From positions 10,494-74,493 of the forward strand of contig JBHPHK010000002.1 in assembly GCA_042569365.1 (NCBI GenBank): a stretch of 64,000 nt of DNA, read 5' to 3'. Under the pieces are notes generated by a model. It did not search any database and had not been told where the DNA came from. It saw nothing but the letters and a program-made list of their open reading frames with translations. The position numbers and the translations under genes are program-made. Below are positions 56,943-64,000 of the stretch, one piece after another. The stretch is from Patescibacteria group bacterium (GTDB lineage: Bacteria > Patescibacteriota > JAUYIX01 > JBHPHK01). The first letter of the stretch is position 1. Every line of letters starts with the position of its first letter.

Positions 56943-57389
56943 ATGATGAAATATAGTAAATCACAAAAAGGATTTACACTGATCGAATTACTTATCGTGA
57001 TTGCGATCATTGGTATCCTCGCCGCTGTTATTTTGATAGCTTTGGCTGGTGCGCGTCAGCGTGCCCGTGATGCCGCTCGTAAGAGTGACGTCGACTCCAT
57101 TCAGAATGCTGTAGAGCTTTATGCTAGTGATACGGGTAAATATCCTGCTGGATTGGTTGACGTAGCAACCACTGAGTATTTTGCTGGTGGAACCTTGCCT
57201 ACCGATCCTTTGTTTGGAACAGAGTACAACTATGACGCTGATGACGATGGATCTATTTATTGTGTCTGGGCAGAGCTAGAACGAGATATAGAGCTTGTAG
57301 TTGATGGTGTAACAGAAACAGGACCATGGTTTGCAAATGGACCTGGTTGTCTAGGAGATCCAACTGATTACACGGGCTTCAGTTTATAA
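56943..57389 (+). CDS. pilA: Type IV major pilin (prepilin with a class III signal)
   Basis: KGFTLIELLIVIAIIGILAAVI with G-1/E+5, a C-terminal Cys pair forming a D-region, and a very strong SD GAGGGGAGGTGA 5-6 nt upstream. Confidence 0.85.
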   Translation: MMKYSKSQKGFTLIELLIVIAIIGILAAVILIALAGARQRARDAARKSDVDSIQNAVELYASDTGKYPAGLVDVATTEYFAGGTLPTDPLFGTEYNYDADDDGSIYCVWAELERDIELVVDGVTETGPWFANGPGCLGDPTDYTGFSL

Positions 57390-57473
57390 GCGTTCAAGTT
57401 AAGCTTATATTTTGAGTAAATCATATCTGATGAGAATTTCGATTCTCATCAGGAACGATCTACTGATAAACCT

Positions 57474-58262
57474 ATGACCATTTACATTTTTTCCATCATT
57501 GCTGTGTTGATTCTCGGCATTTTGGTTGGTAGTTTTTTAAACACTGTGATATTCCGATCACCAAAGAAGAATTCTTCTGTGCGAGGTCGTTCATATTGTC
57601 CAAAATGCAAAGAGCAGCTCAAGGCCAAGGATTTAATCCCGATATTTTCTTGGATTTTACTCAGAGGAAAATGTCGTTATTGCCAGCAAAAGATCAGTAC
57701 GCAATATTTACTAATTGAGCTGGTCACCGGCTTAATTTTTGTAGGATCATTTATCTATGTGATCCAAGACACCGCCTTCCCGACATTAGCAGACCCCACA
57801 TTCTTAAAATTAGTACTGCTCTGGGTCATCAGCTCTTTCTTAATAGTAATATTTTCAGTAGATCTACGAACCGGTTTGATATTGAATCGCACGCTCATAT
57901 ATCTGACTCCTTTTGTGCTTGCCTGGGCAGTAGTAAACAATGGAGCTGAGGGGCTACTGAGCAGTTTGATCGGGATGTTGGTCGCTGGCATATTATTCTG
58001 GATTCTCGTGATAGTATCAGGCGAAAAATGGATGGGAGCCGGTGACGCAAAGTTTGCTCTTTTAATAGGCTTTCTAGTCGGCTGGCCGATCGTCATGGTT
58101 TTACTAGCTCTCGCGTTTATCGGGGGAGCGATCATTGGACTCATCATGATGAGCTCTGGCAAAGCAAATCGTAAGACTGCTCTACCGTTTGGAACATTTC
58201 TAGCGGCAGCTACCTGGATCGCTATCATCTACGGCGACAAAATTGCAAATTATTTTTTCTAA
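57474..58262 (+). CDS. pilD: Prepilin peptidase / N-methyltransferase PilD (A24 family)
   Basis: N-terminal CPKC...CRYC zinc tetrad, 7-8 TM segments, and a conserved Asp in DLRTG. Confidence 0.85.
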   Translation: MTIYIFSIIAVLILGILVGSFLNTVIFRSPKKNSSVRGRSYCPKCKEQLKAKDLIPIFSWILLRGKCRYCQQKISTQYLLIELVTGLIFVGSFIYVIQDTAFPTLADPTFLKLVLLWVISSFLIVIFSVDLRTGLILNRTLIYLTPFVLAWAVVNNGAEGLLSSLIGMLVAGILFWILVIVSGEKWMGAGDAKFALLIGFLVGWPIVMVLLALAFIGGAIIGLIMMSSGKANRKTALPFGTFLAAATWIAIIYGDKIANYFF

Positions 58263-58829
58263 ATGACATCAAAATTATTTAAACAAATAAGAAAATCAGA
58301 AAAAGGCACTAGTATTGCTGAAATGATTTTAGTTATGGGACTTATTGGAATATTAGCAGCAATTACTGTAGGTAGTACCCAGCTGGCCACTCAAAGAGAA
58401 AGGATTCGCACAGCTGCTCGTGATTTGACTAGTCTTTTGCGCGAAGCCCAAACGCAATCAATTGAAGGACAACACAGAACTATCGATATAAATGAAGCGG
58501 CGCCTTTACAATATATCGTAGAGATCGATCAGGATGATAAAGTATTCAGATTATATACCTCACAGGACAATATTTACGAGACGACTACGAGCAATCTCTT
58601 AATCGAAACAATCCCGTATCATGAGCAAATCGATATATATGAGTCAGACCCAGCAGCGGGTACACTGTTTTCGGAAGCAATAGTGTTTGAGTCGCCATTT
58701 GGAAAAGTGGTCTTGAGCGATAGCATGAGCAAACCTTTGGTATTGGTATTTGCGGGATACAACAATAATTATTTTTGGAAGGTTACAATCGACGAAGGAT
58801 TTGCCAATATTGATGTGGATCGGTATTAA
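58263..58829 (+). CDS. Minor pilin / pseudopilin
   Basis: Prepilin-type N-terminus EKGTSIAEMILVMGLIGILAAITV (G, then E at +5). Confidence 0.6.
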   Translation: MTSKLFKQIRKSEKGTSIAEMILVMGLIGILAAITVGSTQLATQRERIRTAARDLTSLLREAQTQSIEGQHRTIDINEAAPLQYIVEIDQDDKVFRLYTSQDNIYETTTSNLLIETIPYHEQIDIYESDPAAGTLFSEAIVFESPFGKVVLSDSMSKPLVLVFAGYNNNYFWKVTIDEGFANIDVDRY

Positions 58830-58837
58830 TATATTTT

Positions 58838-59404
58838 ATGCAAAATCTTAATTCACAAAAAGGACAGACATTGATTGAAACTATCGTATCGATAGCAATT
58901 ATTACGATCGCCTTTTTTGGACTGCTAGCATTGGGTCGTTCCTCTTTGCGCGCAGCAGATGTCGCTAAGTATGATCTAATCGGCGTGAACCTTGCACGTG
59001 AAGGAATAGAGCTTGTGCGTGCTGCCAGAGATAAGAGCGGAGACTTGTGGGCAGATATTAATGATATGGCCGTTGCTGGTGATCAATATCTTATAATAAA
59101 TAGTGATCTGCAATACAAGATTATAGATAATACCGTGGGAAATGGTCCAGCCCGACTTTCTTTTAGCTATGAAGGACTTACTGTGACGGAGCCAAGTTCG
59201 TATGAACACGAAGAAATAATTTGTTCTAATTCTAATTGTGTGCCTAGCTTATTGGCTCGCAAAATAACGGCTGAAAACAAAACTAAATCAGCAGGTGGCG
59301 ACACTTTAGATTATCTTCTAGTAACCTCAACTGTTACTTTTAGCCTAAAAGGTTTTGACGGCGATATTGTTTTATACGAAAAATTATTTGATTGGAAAGA
59401 ATAA
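58838..59404 (+). CDS. Minor pilin / pseudopilin
   Basis: QKGQTLIETIVSIAIITIAFFGLLAL, with a Cys pair near the C-terminus. Confidence 0.6.
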   Translation: MQNLNSQKGQTLIETIVSIAIITIAFFGLLALGRSSLRAADVAKYDLIGVNLAREGIELVRAARDKSGDLWADINDMAVAGDQYLIINSDLQYKIIDNTVGNGPARLSFSYEGLTVTEPSSYEHEEIICSNSNCVPSLLARKITAENKTKSAGGDTLDYLLVTSTVTFSLKGFDGDIVLYEKLFDWKE

Positions 59405-59889
59405 ATATGCCACGACTTCAAACCAAACAATTTAGAAGCGAAAAAGGATTTACATTGGTAGAAATACTTGTGGCTATTTCAATATTTGTGATCGTTATGA
59501 CGATCGCTACCGGGGCTTTCGTAAATATGATGAAAGTTCAACGCCGCGTGAACGCAAAAACCGAAGCCTTGCAAGACTTACGTCAGGTCACAGAGCTGAT
59601 GGTGCGCGATATTCGCACCGGACAAGTAACTCGTCGTGATAGCGATGAATTAGAAGTCATTAATCAGAAGGGCGATAAGATACTCTACGAATTAAGTCCT
59701 CTTAATAACGAGATTGTACGTGCAGGCAAAGCGATTACCGGAGAAAGAGTAAATATCCGGAAATTATTGTTCACCGGAGACCCTGATTCTCAAATCACAA
59801 TTTTCATCAGCGCCTTTGGAATTGAAGAGGCGGGTGCCGGTACAACCGAGGATGAGATCAATATTCAAACAAGCGTAACTAGTCGTTAA
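59392..59889 (+). CDS. Minor pilin (PilW/GspJ-like)
   Basis: EKGFTLVEILVAISIFVIVMTIATGAF. Confidence 0.6.
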   Translation: MERINMPRLQTKQFRSEKGFTLVEILVAISIFVIVMTIATGAFVNMMKVQRRVNAKTEALQDLRQVTELMVRDIRTGQVTRRDSDELEVINQKGDKILYELSPLNNEIVRAGKAITGERVNIRKLLFTGDPDSQITIFISAFGIEEAGAGTTEDEINIQTSVTSR

Positions 59890-59890
59890 T

Positions 59891-60797
59891 ATGTCTCAGC
59901 CCATCATCAAGACAGCCAAAGAATCAGAAAAAGGAGCAATCTTACTGGTCACAGTTCTTATTTTGGCTGGTATTATGCTGATCTCTTTTGCGGTGGCAAC
60001 ATTGGCTCGGCGTGATCTGCGTGCAGCGAGTGATATGATTCGTGGTGAGATGGCTTTGTATGCGGCAGACAGCGGACTGGAAGAAGTACTTTATAGAATA
60101 AAATTACGTCATAATTATGCTGAATTTATCCCAGAAGATTATAGCAACTATATTGATTTTGAAGGAGATATTGATGGTCTGCAGTATATGATTGGATTTA
60201 CATCCGGATCTGAAAATACACGTTCTGGTAGCCTGATGGCAGACGAAAGCGACCAAATAGACATTGTGATTAACGGTAAATACGATCCGGTATCTGAAGA
60301 GTTTATCCCCGAGCCTCACTCGATTACCGAGATTAATGTAGAGTGGGATGGTGATCCTAACGCTTGGTTGGAATGGACTATTATTCGCTGGCCACAAGAC
60401 AGTCAGATCATCCCTTTTAATGTGAGCGACTTTGAGGATGATCCCACTGACGATTTTAATAATAACTATACAAACGTAACTCTATTCAAAGGACTGAAGC
60501 CGTATAGTGATCGTGAAAACGGTGTGACTAGTATTGCGCTTAATGATCTTGATTTCTCAGGCACTTATAATAGCTTGGGAGAATTTAACGAGTCGGAGAA
60601 CTTTAATTATATCTTGCGCCTGAAAGCACTGTACGGAGACATTAGTTATACGGTGTCTACAAATGATGATAATGGTTTGCCAGGTGTTCAAGGTATCCAA
60701 GCTATAGGCCTGCGTGGAGAAAACAAGCGCGCTCTCGAGATCAGTATCAATAGAACACGCGGCGCCGAAGGCTTCATAGACTATGTTTTGTATAGTG

Positions 60798-60820
<23 letters not shown>
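59891..60820 (+). CDS. PilX-like pilus tip / minor pilin protein
   Basis: PilX_N-like N-terminus EKGAILLVTVLILAGIMLISFAVATLARR. Confidence 0.5.
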
Positions 60821-63412
<2,592 letters not shown>

Positions 63413-63440
63413 GCTAAAATATATCCGAATATAACCAAGG

Positions 63441-63518
63441 GAAAAAGCCTGATTTTTGCTACACAGAAGTCTAGCAAAGGTGATCTTTTTATAGATCACA
63501 AAAATCAGGCTTTTTGGG
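63441..63518. terminator. Long nested inverted repeat downstream of ligA; probable terminator
   Basis: GAAAAAGCCTGATTTTTG...CAAAAATCAGGCTTTTTGGGG (17-bp arms) enclosing an inner GTGATC/GATCAC hairpin. Confidence 0.45.
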
Positions 63519-64000
63519 GAGAAGTTTTTAAGACGCTCTTAATTCAAGCGATTCTTAAGATAAGATAAATACGCACCAGAGAAGCGGGAGAAAACCGGAA
63601 AAAACACTTCTTTATGTGGGTGGATAGCTATCTATCTAAAGGAACGATTGTTTATATTATAGCATTTTTTACACATGTTTTTTGCACAAATAAAAGAGCC
63701 GCTTCCGATAGGAGAGGCGGCTCATAAGGAGGTATATGTATGGTGGAGAAAGTACGCAACGGACGGAGTCTATTTCCAAGATGTACAGGTTGGGTTGGCA
63801 TTCCCGAAAGGGGAAAGTTACCACACCACTGAATGGGCGATTGTCCAGGAGGTCACAAATGTGACGTTCTGAATTCACCGAGACTTGGTATTGGATCGGT
63901 CAAATGGCCGTCCTAGACTGCGCCTTGCTACACCTCTGAGAACAGTTGAACCAACTACGCTCCTCCTAAAAAAGGAGAGGCACCGTTAGTTGAGTTGCTC

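Noticed and set aside
57755-58228. 157-aa antisense ORF inside pilD, plus similar antisense ORFs inside the polyprenyl synthase gene, pcrA, pilB and others
   Set aside because: They are fully embedded opposite well-supported conserved genes, have no motifs, and are typical low-complexity antisense frames.
63669-63878. Two overlapping 65-69 aa ORFs on opposite strands after ligA
   Set aside because: Short, mutually exclusive, no motifs, no RBS, and located in an AT-rich intergenic region.
63880-64000. Possible start of a structured RNA (hairpin CTCCTCC-aaaaaa-GGAGAGG) at the window edge
   Set aside because: No match I can make to the 5' ends of 16S, 23S, RNase P, tmRNA or SRP RNA, and the sequence is truncated by the window end, so it cannot be supported.

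Overview
This 64 kb window is densely coding, reads in the standard genetic code (long ORFs use UGA as a stop), and has mixed GC with several AT-rich stretches. Its gene content points to a reduced-genome monoderm bacterium such as a CPR/Patescibacteria (Saccharibacteria-like) epibiont; that placement is an inference from gene content, not from a search. The evidence for it is: a type IV pilus operon with no PilQ secretin, a minimal Gram-positive-style type IV secretion (T4SS) cluster, many small membrane proteins and little metabolism. Contents in order: an SOS/damage-tolerance module (lexA 5'-partial, dinB, and a convergent SRAP/YedK gene); three cell-wall hydrolases (CHAP, M23 with two LysM domains, YabE/RlpA-like) flanking pcrA/uvrD; a UbiA-family prenyltransferase fusion divergent from a polyprenyl diphosphate synthase; rsmA/ksgA. 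Next comes an ~18 kb, 14-gene co-directional operon (12747-30721) encoding VirB6-like, VirB3/PrgI-like, an apparently split VirB4 ATPase, a VirB2-like pilin-hairpin fusion, three tandem paralogous double-anchored TSP3-repeat surface proteins and other secreted or membrane proteins. Then: recG, a cupin, tRNA-Arg, tRNA-Ser(GCU), a CYTH protein, an NAD-epimerase, tRNA-Ser(UGA), comFC, recX, htpX, lemA; three consecutive secreted proteins including a 1554-aa DUF11 giant; a complete type IV pilus operon (pilM/N/O, a PilN-tail paralog, pilB, an embedded CheY-like receiver, pilC, pilA, pilD, three minor pilins, a PilX-like protein); and ligA. No CRISPR array, integrase, transposase or rRNA gene was seen. 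The most novel candidate is the T4SS-like operon with its array of TSP3 surface paralogs.
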